From Macrostomum lignano (taxonomy: Eukaryota), in assembly GCA_002269645.1 (NCBI GenBank), contig NIVC01000781.1, positions 142,491 through 206,490 of the forward strand: a DNA stretch of 64,000 bases, written 5' to 3'. The notes below the pieces were generated by a model. That model saw nothing but the letters and a program-made list of their open reading frames with translations. It searched no databases and was not told the DNA's origin. The translations under genes were made by a program, and so were the position numbers. Shown here one piece after another: positions 50,070 through 60,970 of this stretch (its first letter is position 1; each line of letters begins with the position of its first letter).

Positions 50070-53000
50070 ATGGAACAACTCAGAAAGATTAGTGATGAAG
50101 AATTTGAACAATACATTCAAGCTGAGCGGTTTCGGCGTCAGCAGCAAAAGCACACAGATAATGAGCCTATAGCGGAGTCCAAAGAAGATGAAGTGGCAGC
50201 TCCGCAGATTGGTGATGAAATAATACTATATAAATCCTTTAGAGAGAAGTATAATAAGAAGTCAGAAATTTCAGAGTATGTCATTAGGAATGTTAATGAA
50301 GGTTATATAACAAAGGTTTTTATTCAGTATAAAGATGCAATTAAAGCAGTGTTAGAGAAAGTTAGAGATGGTGGACGGAGTAAGTTCAACTTGCATTTTG
50401 AACTAGAATTCAAAAAGAATTTTAACGAAGACATTCCTCCCTTCACAGTCTATGACAATGAAAGTGGATTCTACAATATTCAGTCAGATTCACAGTATGA
50501 CACTGCCCTTAGCGAAAGACAGGAGACATTGGAAAAGTTCATTGATGAGTTCTGTGAGAAGGGATCAGATAATGTCTTTGTGCAGATAAAATCTATCTAC
50601 ATCAGAGTTGCCAAGGTTTCTAGCATTCAGGGAGGATCCTTCTTTACTAACAATGAAATTAAAAAATGTCGATCAATTCTTAACATTCAGAATGATGATG
50701 AGAAATGCTTCCTCTGGTGTGTATTAGCTGTTAAACATCCACAAAATAAAGATGGTTATCGAGTGTCAAAATATAAACCATATGAAAAAGAACTTAATCT
50801 CACCGATATCCAATTCCCCATGAGAATAAAAGATATAAAAAAGTTTGAAAGACTAAATGAAGAGTTTGCTGTTAATGTGCTGTATTATGAAGGTAAATTC
50901 CCAGATACACTACAACATCTCTATGTCTCACCTCATAATCAACGAACTTATGTAGTAGATTTACTATACCTGGAGGAAGATGGTAACACTCATTATTGTC
51001 TGATAAAAAATCTTACAACATTAGTTTCAAAACAAACTGGAAAGCGTGTAAATCACAAGTCATTTTTATGCAGAACATGCATGACTGTTTACACAAGTGA
51101 AAACGTGTTGGCCGAGCACTCAAGGTTGTGCGGTAAAAATGCACCCGGTCTTTATATATTACCCAAGGAAGAATCGAAGCTGAAATTTAAGAATCATATA
51201 TTCAAACTAAAGCTACCCATCGCTATCTATGCTGACTTTGAAGCAACAACTGAACCCATTGAAGCACAAAGTAAAAGCTTCACTAAGATTTTAGACAAAG
51301 AGTCATATACTCTAAAAGTAGCAAATCAGAACGCAATAGCTTACGGTTTTTATATCCATTCTGAGTTACCCAAGGTAATTAAATCGAAGTATGAAGGATA
51401 TTGTGGCACAGATGCCAAGGAAAAATATGTTGATAGAATGGTTGAAATTTATCAACAAATTAAGAATGGTCTGAAGGAGCCTAAGCATATTAATCATAAT
51501 TTGACATCGCAAGAGGAGGCTTCTTTCTGTAAGGCTAAACAATGCTACATATGCGAGAAGGAGTTTGATATGGTTCCAGATATGAAGGTGCATGTGAAGG
51601 AAATTGACAGTAAAGTTACTATAGAATCTTGGTGCAAAAAATGTCTGAACAAGAGCAATAATATAAGTAAATATAAGATCACAAAGCAACAATGGAAAGA
51701 GTTTTACAGGGCTGAAAAATGTGCGAATTGTAAAAATGACTTTACACTTAAGCTAGGTAAGGTAAGAGAACATTGTCACTATAGTGGCAAATATAGAGGG
51801 GCTGCCTGTAAATCCTGCAATGCTCTCGAGAGTAAGAAGCGAGTAATCCCAATCTACTTCCAGAATGGATCCCACTATGACTTTCACTTCTTAGTGACAC
51901 ATTTAAAGAGCAAAGAGACCATGGAGGATAAGTTATTTCCTCCACTATCTAAAACTTCTGAAGAGTACATTTCTCTGGAGTTTGGTTGTAACAAAGTAGT
52001 ACTGAGGTTCCTAGATTCATACAGGTTCTTGGCTTCCTCGCTGGATATCTGCGCAAAGTCCCTGAAGGATGAAGACTTCATCATAACAAAGAAATACTTT
52101 AAAAACGACAGCGATTTTCAATATGTTAAGCGCAAGGGGGTGTTACCATATGAGTATATCAACAGCTTTGGAAGATTAGCAGAAACTGAGTTACCACCAT
52201 TGAAAGAGTTTTACTCGAGGTTGAAAGGTGAAGACATTTCTTCAGATGAATATGATTTTGCAAAACAAATGTGGAAAACTTTTAGTTGTAAGAATTTGGA
52301 GGATTATATGATGCTGTATCTTAAGGTTGACGTTCTATTATTAGCAGATGTATTCGAACGCTATAGAACATTCTTCCTGAAACACTTTGAGATTGATCCA
52401 GCCAGATGCTTCTCAGCACCAGGATTGAGTTGGAATGCTGGGTTGAAGAAAAGTAAAGTTGAGTTAGACTTGCTGGCGGATATCGATATGATTCATATGA
52501 TTGATAGTGGAATAAGAGGTGGATTTAGCGGAGTTCTAGGGTCACGATATGTAAAGGCAAATAATCCTTATCTTCCAGGCTATGATTTAGAAAAACCAAC
52601 TTCCTACTTACTTTACGTTGATTGTACAAATCTCTATGGTTATAGTATGTTGGAACCCCTTCCTTTTTCTGACTTTAAATGGGAAGCTGATTCCAACTAT
52701 TATAAAAATCCTCCTGAAGGACGGGGCTGTCTTGTTGAATGTGATCTTGAATATACAAAAGAATCAAAAAAGAAAACGTATGCCTTCCCATTAGCACCTG
52801 AAAGTACAACTGTGTCAGAAAGTGAATTGAGTGAATATCAGAAAGGATGTCTAGAAGTCGAAATGAAAAAGATTGGAAAAGTTCCTAAATTGATCCTTAA
52901 TTTAAAAAATAAAACAAAATATATCGTACATCATAAGCTATTGCGATTCTATGAAGAGATGGGCTTGAAAGTGACAAAAGTACATAGGACGATTTCATTC

Positions 53001-53897
53001 AATGAAAAGCCATGGTTAAAGGAGTATATCGAGTTTAATACGATAGAAAGAAAGAAGGCAAAAGAAGCAAAAATTGAGTTCGAAGACAGTCAGTTCAAAA
53101 TGCTTAATGTAAGCATCTTTGGCAAGACAATGGAGGATGTTAAAAAGAGAAAGCGATTTGAGTTGCTGACAAGTGAGGATGAGATATCTAAGATAATATC
53201 CAAGCCAGATTTCATAGACTTCAAAATCTTCAATGAAAATCTAATTTGCATTCACCAGCGACCTAAGAATATCCCTCTTGGAACAAAGCCAACATACGCT
53301 GGACAAGCAATTCTGGATCTCTCGAAATTGCATATGTATGAAACATTTTACAAAGTTTTCAAGTCCAAATGGGGGGATAATGTTGAGATTGTTACCTCTG
53401 ACACCGACTCATTCATTCTTCATATAAAGACAGAAAATATTTATAAAGACATTGCTCAGATGAAGGAGAGTTTCGATTTGTCGCTGTATACAAAAAATTT
53501 TCCGATTGATTTACATGATATGACTAATTGTGGAAAGCTGGGAACATTCAAGGATGAATTGGCAAAATATGATTGCATAATGACAGAAGTAACCGCTCTA
53601 AGATCGAAAGCATATTCATTTAAAACAGTTTATGTCAGCACTCAAAAGGAAGGGAAGGAAGAGAAAAAATTAAAGGGAATCTCAAAGTCAACAGTGAAGC
53701 ATCATGTACAATATGATGACTATAGAAATATACTACTTGATTATAACGAACCAGTCTATAGGAAAGTGTATAGCCTTAGATCAGACAAGCATAACATGAC
53801 TTTAATAGAACAAAATAAGAAGGCTATTAGTCCTTTCGATGACAAAAGATACATTGAATCCAATGGAATTATAACACATCCTCATGGATTCAAATAA
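50070..53897 (+). CDS. polB: Polinton B protein-primed DNA polymerase B (1275 aa, intact)
   Basis: YADFE, NGSHYD, DSYRFL, YVDCTNLYG, KMLNVSIFGK, TSDTDS; EndoVII-like Zn segment. Confidence 0.96.
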   Translation: MEQLRKISDEEFEQYIQAERFRRQQQKHTDNEPIAESKEDEVAAPQIGDEIILYKSFREKYNKKSEISEYVIRNVNEGYITKVFIQYKDAIKAVLEKVRDGGRSKFNLHFELEFKKNFNEDIPPFTVYDNESGFYNIQSDSQYDTALSERQETLEKFIDEFCEKGSDNVFVQIKSIYIRVAKVSSIQGGSFFTNNEIKKCRSILNIQNDDEKCFLWCVLAVKHPQNKDGYRVSKYKPYEKELNLTDIQFPMRIKDIKKFERLNEEFAVNVLYYEGKFPDTLQHLYVSPHNQRTYVVDLLYLEEDGNTHYCLIKNLTTLVSKQTGKRVNHKSFLCRTCMTVYTSENVLAEHSRLCGKNAPGLYILPKEESKLKFKNHIFKLKLPIAIYADFEATTEPIEAQSKSFTKILDKESYTLKVANQNAIAYGFYIHSELPKVIKSKYEGYCGTDAKEKYVDRMVEIYQQIKNGLKEPKHINHNLTSQEEASFCKAKQCYICEKEFDMVPDMKVHVKEIDSKVTIESWCKKCLNKSNNISKYKITKQQWKEFYRAEKCANCKNDFTLKLGKVREHCHYSGKYRGAACKSCNALESKKRVIPIYFQNGSHYDFHFLVTHLKSKETMEDKLFPPLSKTSEEYISLEFGCNKVVLRFLDSYRFLASSLDICAKSLKDEDFIITKKYFKNDSDFQYVKRKGVLPYEYINSFGRLAETELPPLKEFYSRLKGEDISSDEYDFAKQMWKTFSCKNLEDYMMLYLKVDVLLLADVFERYRTFFLKHFEIDPARCFSAPGLSWNAGLKKSKVELDLLADIDMIHMIDSGIRGGFSGVLGSRYVKANNPYLPGYDLEKPTSYLLYVDCTNLYGYSMLEPLPFSDFKWEADSNYYKNPPEGRGCLVECDLEYTKESKKKTYAFPLAPESTTVSESELSEYQKGCLEVEMKKIGKVPKLILNLKNKTKYIVHHKLLRFYEEMGLKVTKVHRTISFNEKPWLKEYIEFNTIERKKAKEAKIEFEDSQFKMLNVSIFGKTMEDVKKRKRFELLTSEDEISKIISKPDFIDFKIFNENLICIHQRPKNIPLGTKPTYAGQAILDLSKLHMYETFYKVFKSKWGDNVEIVTSDTDSFILHIKTENIYKDIAQMKESFDLSLYTKNFPIDLHDMTNCGKLGTFKDELAKYDCIMTEVTALRSKAYSFKTVYVSTQKEGKEEKKLKGISKSTVKHHVQYDDYRNILLDYNEPVYRKVYSLRSDKHNMTLIEQNKKAISPFDDKRYIESNGIITHPHGFK

Positions 53898-53899
53898 GT

Positions 53900-54205
53900 T
53901 TAAAAAACCAAACAATTCAATTGCTTAAGAAGTTTCTTGCGCTGATCATTAAACTCAACATACTTCCTGATCTCTTTTATTTTTTTAACTAACTTGTCGA
54001 TTTCATCTTCAATAAATGCTTCTGCAAAAACAATAGCAGTTTCAAGAAAACATTTGCGATCACTTAATTTATCAATATATCCATAATCCGGTTCTATTAT
54101 TCCACAATGTGTACGCACCTCCCTAAAGTTATTTATTTGTATTTCTCTATCAATGCGCTTTATTTCATCTTGGTATGCATTTAGGAGAACTTTTATTGCA
54201 GCCAT
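53900..54205 (-). CDS. Polinton B hypothetical 101-aa protein
   Basis: ORF with AAAATG start, convergent with pPolB. Confidence 0.5.
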   Translation of the reverse strand: MAAIKVLLNAYQDEIKRIDREIQINNFREVRTHCGIIEPDYGYIDKLSDRKCFLETAIVFAEAFIEDEIDKLVKKIKEIRKYVEFNDQRKKLLKQLNCLVF

Positions 54206-54230
54206 TTTCTAGAAAAAAAATTATACAATA

Positions 54231-54971
54231 TTAATTGTAGGGAGGTGCACTTGGAGCATTTGATTGAAGATTGAGTGTTGCCGAGTACTCTTTTGGCTTA
54301 TCAGCTAGACCCAATTTTTCTCTCAGATCTTTTTCTAGTAATTCCTTTTTAATTTTTTCCTTCGCTGAATGACCAAGTCTACTCTCTTTGAGGATTTTAT
54401 CAACGACTTCCGAATGGTTAACTTCTTCAGGCGCAACACAGGCGTCTAACAATTGATCTCTTTTTTCTCTGTATTCTGAATAAATTGCAGCAGCTGCTTG
54501 AACCTCTTCAAGAGTTAATCTATAATCATCAACTGCTTTTTGGGAGTAAATATACAATCTCTCTCTGTATTGATTTGCCAGATCTCTGAGAACAATGTAT
54601 TTTGCCTTCTGCTTTTGGCAATGAATTTTCACAGTTGCAAACAACGACGTGGATTTTACAGCTTCAAAACCACTCATTGCCCCGATTACTACTCCAATAA
54701 CTAAGGGATTCAATGTCAGTATCGATGTTGCTATGCCAATTCCTGTAGCAGCCAAGAGACTTACATTTCCTGTCACAATGTTGATCCAATTTATCCTGCT
54801 ACTTTGCCGTTTGTACTTTTTTACCTTTTTGCTATAAATTGTAAGATCTTTAGTAATGCATTCAATACTGCCTTTGATTTCACCCTTTCTCTGATTGAAA
54901 TAGTCCCGCTCCCTCAAATCTGCTTCATGCAGCTCAACCACAGGATAGATGTGTTCATTTTTTTCATTCAT
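54231..54971 (-). CDS. Polinton B conserved membrane protein with YPx3L and PSAP motifs
   Basis: Likely true start MNEKNEHIYPVVEL (TAAAAATG at 54971); hydrophobic hairpin NIVTGNVSLLAATGIGIATSILTLNPLVIGVVIG; C-terminal APSAPPYN. Confidence 0.7.
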   Translation of the reverse strand: MNEKNEHIYPVVELHEADLRERDYFNQRKGEIKGSIECITKDLTIYSKKVKKYKRQSSRINWINIVTGNVSLLAATGIGIATSILTLNPLVIGVVIGAMSGFEAVKSTSLFATVKIHCQKQKAKYIVLRDLANQYRERLYIYSQKAVDDYRLTLEEVQAAAAIYSEYREKRDQLLDACVAPEEVNHSEVVDKILKESRLGHSAKEKIKKELLEKDLREKLGLADKPKEYSATLNLQSNAPSAPPYN

Positions 54972-54973
54972 TT

Positions 54974-56379
54974 TTATGTGGCGATTATGTCTAAAATCGG
55001 ATAAAGTTGAAAGCCTGAAACAATAAGAACGTTGATCCTTCAGTGGCTGAATTAATATGCACTCTATAACGGAGAATTTTTCGGTGGAAGCTACTTCAAA
55101 ATATTTCATGACTCCAGGAACTAAACCAGCGTTTTCGGTAGAAAAAATATTCCTAAAGTCTCTCTTGTTATTGCTCCCTTTCAGAATAAAACTTTTTGGT
55201 TGATTTTTTATAATTTCACTACCTACTGCTTTGGTTCCTTTCAATCCGAATTTCCAAATTTGAATAGACTCGGGAAGTTGTACTTCAATGTAAGAATTGG
55301 GTTCATTCCTCGATGCCCATTCTGAATTAGATACTATATAACCCCAATTATCTGACGTTTCAAATGCTCCTGATGACGCTACATTGAAACCCCTTTCTCT
55401 ATAGTTTTGACGTGTTGCTAGTGAGGGAATATATCCTGTATAAGATTTGAAACCTAGTCCCCGCCTTAGTCGCAGCTCCACTGATTCAAGTGCATTGTCT
55501 ACGTATAGCTTTGGTACAGCTTGAAGTCTATCTATAGGCCACACTAAATCATTAACCACTGTTTGTCTCTCAAGTAATTCAACTTTTGTAAGCTTTACGG
55601 AACCAGAAAAATTAAGAGAATAATGGAAATAATATGAGGGATTGGGTATTTTTTTCCTAAGATGTGCATTGCCCTTCGTAGTTCAATGGGTGCACTTTGT
55701 TCAACAGGTGTCCAGTTTGTTCCATTTAGGCTCACACTAACAGACCAACCAGGCCACACCTCTCCTTCCAACTTTATCTCTACAACTTTCCTAGCTCTTT
55801 TCAAAAATTGAAATCGTATCCACTTGTCTGAGTCATCTACACTGCTCCATCTGAAGCTGGGTTTGAATCTGCAACATGATATGCTGCTGAAGAGTTATGA
55901 GAAGCGGTCACTTTCATGTCAGAATGGGAAGCGTTTGAAGTCAGTAATGAAAGAATATTGACTAATTTCGAACTCTCTGTACCTCCCGCAGTACCTTGCC
56001 TTTCTGCTAACAAAGTGTCAATTTCGGTTTTAGAATACATCTTAGTGTCAATTTCGGTTTTAGAATACATCTTAGTGTCAATCTCAGTTTTAGAATACAT
56101 CTTAGTGTCAGTTTCGGTTTTTGTGTAGACATTGTTTACGCGCCCATGAGCATCGTCAATTAATTGTAGCATGGTGATATTCATTGCGTCACTATCTTCC
56201 TTTGAATAAGAGTCTGAAACATTTCTCTTTGCTAACAATAAATTATCTATTTCCTCTCTCTTATATCCTTCATTTTCATTGATGTATCGATCATCAGCTA
56301 ACGCTATTGTTATTCCAGGTGCTATATCATTTGAATTTGACGAGTAACCAAATTGATTGGCAGTATTCTTGTAACTCAT
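54974..56379 (-). pseudogene. Polinton B fibre/receptor-binding protein (YSKTEIDTK repeats plus two discoidin/F5-8-like domains), broken by ~4 frameshifts
   Basis: Reconstructed: ...AYHVADS/PSFRWSSVDDSDKWIRFQF.../NPSYYFHYSLNF...VNDLVWP...WASRNEPNSYIEVQLP...FS/YRVHINSATEGSTF/IVSGFQLYPILDIIAT*. Confidence 0.7.
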
Positions 56380-56806
56380 TTTAATTGCTGCAAAATTTCA
56401 TTATAGCTATCTCCTTTATCGATTCGGTGTAAAAAGTACAGCGACATTTGACCACAAATTTCTTATCAAAAGTTTGAATTTGTTCTTCCATGTCTCCACA
56501 TATTCTATTCTTTGTGTGATTAAACTTTTCCATAATTTCCAGTGTGGGCGGTAGTGCATAGGAATCAAAAAAATAAACCTTATCAGGAGCTGAAAATATA
56601 GCTGAATGATGTATACCCCGTTCTTTCGAAGTGTGAATATTTGTCATAAAGTAACCATACTGTGGTAAATCAACAATTTCATCTCTCATGGCATAGCGAA
56701 ATGGTTTTAACTTGAGATATTTTGCCCAATTTATCAGATCAATATTAGTCGTAGTGTCAGTCCCAAACTTTTGTTTAAATGCATTCCATGTCTCAGCTTC
56801 GCTCAT
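56376..56806 (-). pseudogene. Polinton B adenain protease with one frameshift before the catalytic Cys
   Basis: GIHHSA, FFDSY, QIQ. Adding one T at AAATTTGTGG (~56455) restores KFCGQMSLYFLYRIDKGDSYNEILQQLK*. Confidence 0.85.
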
Positions 56807-56815
56807 TTTTAACAC

Positions 56816-57606
56816 TCATATTTGTCGTACGTGTAGATTTATAAATATTTCCTCGCCATCAAAGTCGTATAGAACACCAGACTCATCTTCGATGACAAAG
56901 TCGAATGTGCTCAACATGTTTGTAGTTAGTGGTAGGTACACAGGATTTGCAGGCTCTTGAATAATTTTACTTCCCATTGGGACAGAGAACGATGGAATTG
57001 AAAGAAGTATTTGCTTATCAATTAAATGATTTCCATTAGCTGGATCAGTGATAAACCCCCTTTGATATTTAGACAACGAACCATGATCGCACTTCTAGCT
57101 CCGTCTATCCGAGCTGGATTTGGAGCTCTCTCAAATGGTTTCAAATACACTTCCGAATTGAATCCCAACAGTCTTCTAAAGTTATTGGAATGTGCATCCC
57201 TGAAATCAACTTGATAATCTGTGGCTAACCGTAACTCAACTCTACGCGTGTCTAGGCTTGCACTGAAAACAATAGCCCCCTCTTTCCAATCATTTGCAGC
57301 TGTTAGCAATCTTTGAATCTCGCTTGACAGACTTTTAACTTCCCAAGATCCCGCTTGAATCTTTATTTTTTTCCATGTTCTACCACTATCCCTCGAGTAT
57401 CGCAACTCATTATTGCCTCCTTCAATATTGTTAATAGCATCAAAGACTGCAAACTTTTTTATACCAGCTTCGTATTCTCGATCTTCATACAAATTTATCG
57501 GAGTGCCTAGAGTTTGTCGAAATGGGTTTTTAATTGAAAAGAAGTCAAATGTGCGTTGAAACTTTTTACTCAAGAGGATGTTGACTTTTTCTATTTCTTT
57601 TTCCAT
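56816..57606 (-). pseudogene. Polinton B penton/minor capsid protein, one frameshift at a G run (~57056)
   Basis: Track ORFs 57022-57606 and 56816-57076 join at NIKGG/FITDPANG. Confidence 0.75.
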
Positions 57607-57608
57607 TT

Positions 57609-58333
57609 TTAAGCAAGTAATTCTGCTAGCTCTTTATCAACATTGTTATGTCCTCTGCTTGCGGCTATAAGTTAACACTCTTTCACTGAGTCCAGATCCC
57701 GGTTTTACTCGATATCCTGGTGGATTATCTTTCAATATCCTTACTGCTTGCTTATAATTCCCACTTGATTTGGCCGCTGGATTTTTACAATGTTCAATGA
57801 GGTTAACATAATCCTGCAATGTTTGCATCTTGAATTGCTTCAGCTCTTCACCATTTTCAGTTACTTTAGGCATTTTGAACAACTCTTCAAGATCTTCAGA
57901 AAATGGCATTCGAAATTCGTTGACAATGATGTCTCGACCTTGTTCATGGAATTCAACATCTATTACAGATGATCCAAATATATATCCAGCATCAGTTTTT
58001 TGAATCCGTATACTAGGCGCTGGTCTTTGAGTTATTGGAATCTTTCCAATTTCTTCAATTATTTTGTCAAATACTTCAGGGTTCAAATCGGCCTTTTGGT
58101 GTACTTGATTGCGGAACTGGAACTTTTTGATTCTGAAGTTTATCAACAAGGTTGGCATTGACATCAATAAATTCATCGAGCTTTTCTGTGACAGGTTTTT
58201 GAGCTAATGGAGCCACTCTTGCATATAAACTCTCTTCTCCAATTTTCAAATAGCGTTGAGCATCATTTCTGGATTTGTACATTTCTCGCTGCTTTGCTAA
58301 ATTAATGAGTTCTCTTATATATTCATTAGTCAT
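57609..58333 (-). pseudogene. Polinton B conserved protein (homolog of A 29280-30449), frameshifted
   Basis: MTNEYIREL...EESLYARVAPLAQKP, then ...PGSGLSERVL/LIAASRGHNNVDKELAELLA*. Confidence 0.65.
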
Positions 58334-58335
58334 TT

Positions 58336-59109
58336 TTACAATGGGATTTTAGTTAGAACATCCTTATACAAATCTTGCTCATCCTCATCAGCTCTTGTAT
58401 TTATATAGATATAGCCATACTTCTTTTTCCAAGCCTCTCTACATTTAGCCTTGAATATAGCGGGTTCATAATTCGTTTCTATATTTCTAGCAATGTGATT
58501 TAAGTTTGTATCTTTTTGTTTAAAGATTATGTAACATGTCGTATTCTCCCTGACAGTATTGCGATCTAGTTTGGTAAAATTTTGAGCTAGATAAAAACCA
58601 CAACAGTTTCCATGCCTGCCTCTCTGAAACAGACTTTCCTGAAATGTTTGATTAGCCTCTCCCAAAACATCATCCAATATCACACATGTCTTTAGTCCAT
58701 TATGAAAAATTTCTTCATTTGGAGTATGGGAAAGAGTGACAGGAATTTTCTCTATTACTTCTGAATTTTCTGATGTGCTTTGCACTCGACCAGGGTTGGC
58801 TGCCTCTCGACAAATATGTCTAATATCTTCAGGAGATGCATCCTCACTCACCTGGTAGACATGATAGAGTGAGTTGATAAGAGAAGGTGGGAGACCATTT
58901 TCAAAGCCATATTTTAGAAACTGATACTCTGGATCCATTTGAGATGCTCTGGGAACATATAAAACTAACTCATTAAAGTCAACTAGTTTTTCAGGACTTG
59001 TAAGAATATGGAATAGTAAATATGTTTTACCCGTATTTGTAGCGCCGATAATACAACATAAAAGAGGATTAGGGAAAATAGGATCATGCTGAAATTTTAC
59101 TTTGGGCAT
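58336..59109 (-). CDS. Polinton B A32/FtsK-HerA-like packaging ATPase
   Basis: Walker A GATNTGKT, Walker B CVILDD, RGRH, YLAQ. Confidence 0.92.
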   Translation of the reverse strand: MPKVKFQHDPIFPNPLLCCIIGATNTGKTYLLFHILTSPEKLVDFNELVLYVPRASQMDPEYQFLKYGFENGLPPSLINSLYHVYQVSEDASPEDIRHICREAANPGRVQSTSENSEVIEKIPVTLSHTPNEEIFHNGLKTCVILDDVLGEANQTFQESLFQRGRHGNCCGFYLAQNFTKLDRNTVRENTTCYIIFKQKDTNLNHIARNIETNYEPAIFKAKCREAWKKKYGYIYINTRADEDEQDLYKDVLTKIPL

Positions 59110-59130
59110 TTAAAAAAAGAAAAAATGACC

Positions 59131-60490
59131 TTATTCGACGCGGGTCATTTGATATTCACTGGTAACTTTTATTACATTCTTTGTTTGTTCAAGAATTAGT
59201 GCAAAAGCAGTCAGCTCAACATTTGTTGACTTCTTGATAAATAATTGAATATTCACTCCACTCTTGACAGAAACTCATCTGAGCTGTTAGATCAAAGCAA
59301 AAGATTGGATAGATGGTTAGAAAGTCTTGTTTATTGAATGGAGGAGTTACACCGAAACGGCTGCAGATGTCTCGTACATTTCATACGCTCTGTGAATGTC
59401 TTGAGCTACTGGATCAATTTCAACATAATCATTCGGATACATCACCTGATTTAATCTGACTTGAAGCTGGGTTATTTTCACTGCATTTGCTCCAGTTTTG
59501 TAAGACACATACTTGTGATCATTAACTATATATGATGGGTTGTTTACGTCATATTTGAAAGCTACAAAGATTGCAAGTGGCATATTGGAGATGTTGGCTA
59601 TGTTCCATGTATATGGACTTCCTTGAATGAGTTGTGGCGGAACCGTTACCCTCTCTGGAAATGATACTGTAATGTCCTTGTTGAGTGATTTTAGAAAAGC
59701 TGCTTCAGCACTGGGTGACAAAGTAATAGCAGGGATCCAAATCTCAAAGCTATTAATAGTTAACTTAGCTTCCGTCCCGGCAGCTCCAAAGAAAATTTCA
59801 GCATCGTTAGTCTTTCTTGTCCATGTGAATTTATATTTAATTCCTTTGCTAATCTTCTGCCAATCAAGGAACCCAATGAGGGTGTTAATGATAGTTTGAT
59901 TGTTCCACCTCTGTTTGGAGCATTAGTGACATTGTTATAATTTTCAAGCCTCCTAATGTATCCAGTATTCGAATCCTTCTTATTGAGTCTATTTTTCATA
60001 GCGATTGCTGCAGTTCTCACAGCTTCAGCATCTGCGTTGTTTGCTAGAGTATATCAGAAACAGTCCCAGCATCTCCAGTGTCTGGAATCCATCCGTATGC
60101 TTCTCCAACTTCATTCATTAATTTTGAGTACATTACGGACTTTAAGATTGTGTCATACTCTCCAGGATCATTATAGACTTTCTTTGTTCCTCCAATGTCA
60201 ACTATGAGTTGAGAGAAAAGTCTCATAGGCCAATTATGTTCTAGAGTAATGTTCGTATTCAAGTCGGTGTTATCTCGTTGTGTTATTGAGTATTTTATAC
60301 AACCGAATGCCTCTGACATGAGAATGTATGACTCTGTTGAATTGACTTCATGAACTATTTGACCTCCTGCAACATTGAGATTATTAGTGCTACCTGGAGT
60401 TGGAGAAATCTTAATATAGTCTTCTTTCTTTTTGAAAAAGCTAAAAGTTTTGTCCTCATATAGATTCAGTATATCCTTTTTGTTCTCCAT
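59131..60490 (-). pseudogene. Polinton B major capsid protein (double jelly-roll type), several frameshifts
   Basis: Track ORFs 60044-60490, 59760-60020 and 59347-59721 plus hand-read segments (IGFLDWQKISKGIKYKFTWTRK; NHPIFCFDLTAQ; SGVNIQLFIKK...TRVE*) total ~450 codons. Confidence 0.8.
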
Positions 60491-60509
60491 TTTTATAGAG
60501 AAATTTCAA

Positions 60510-60962
60510 CTAAGCTTCATGAGGTCTAAGAATTATCCCATTACCCTGTTTCTCCTTTTCAACTTTAAAAGTCTTTAGCAGCCACTTGACTGCTTCGCTG
60601 GGTACTTGTTCGACTCTTTTAGCCGCATCAACTAATACTCCACTCCCTTGAGCCTTTTTCAACTCTTCTAGTTTTTGCCGTTCAATGCTTTCTATTGTCT
60701 TATTATGCTTAGCATTGTTGGCTGTATTAACACTTTTTGCAATCATTGTACCAACTCCTGAGGCTGCTCCGATACCACCCAAAATTGCTGGTAGTAAGCC
60801 TAATAGAGGAATTATTCCACCTTCATGTTCTTTCTGTTTCTCTTGCAATTCTCGAATCTTCTCTTTAGAAAGATATTGCTTTTGCTTATTTACAGTAACA
60901 TATCTTGGTTTTCCCTCTCGAACATATCGATTGAGTCTTGCTTCAGTGTTTTTCTCGCTCAT
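60510..60962 (-). CDS. Polinton B adenovirus pX-like/membrane-active protein candidate
   Basis: GGIIPLLGLLPAILGGIGAASGVG resembles the adenoviral pX GG-hydrophobic C-terminal segment. Confidence 0.6.
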   Translation of the reverse strand: MSEKNTEARLNRYVREGKPRYVTVNKQKQYLSKEKIRELQEKQKEHEGGIIPLLGLLPAILGGIGAASGVGTMIAKSVNTANNAKHNKTIESIERQKLEELKKAQGSGVLVDAAKRVEQVPSEAVKWLLKTFKVEKEKQGNGIILRPHEA

Positions 60963-60970
60963 TTTTAAGG

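Noticed and set aside
54231-55559. 442-aa ORF as a natural discoidin-membrane protein fusion
   Set aside because: Two compensating shifts near 55070 and 55025 restore a normal discoidin end (YRVHINS...FQLYP...*), and a separate TAAAAATG start exists at 54971; the fusion is a product of indels.
55600-55870. Programmed ribosomal frameshifting to make fibre isoforms
   Set aside because: Similar indels occur throughout neighbouring genes, including before the protease catalytic Cys, and I see no consistent slippery heptamer.
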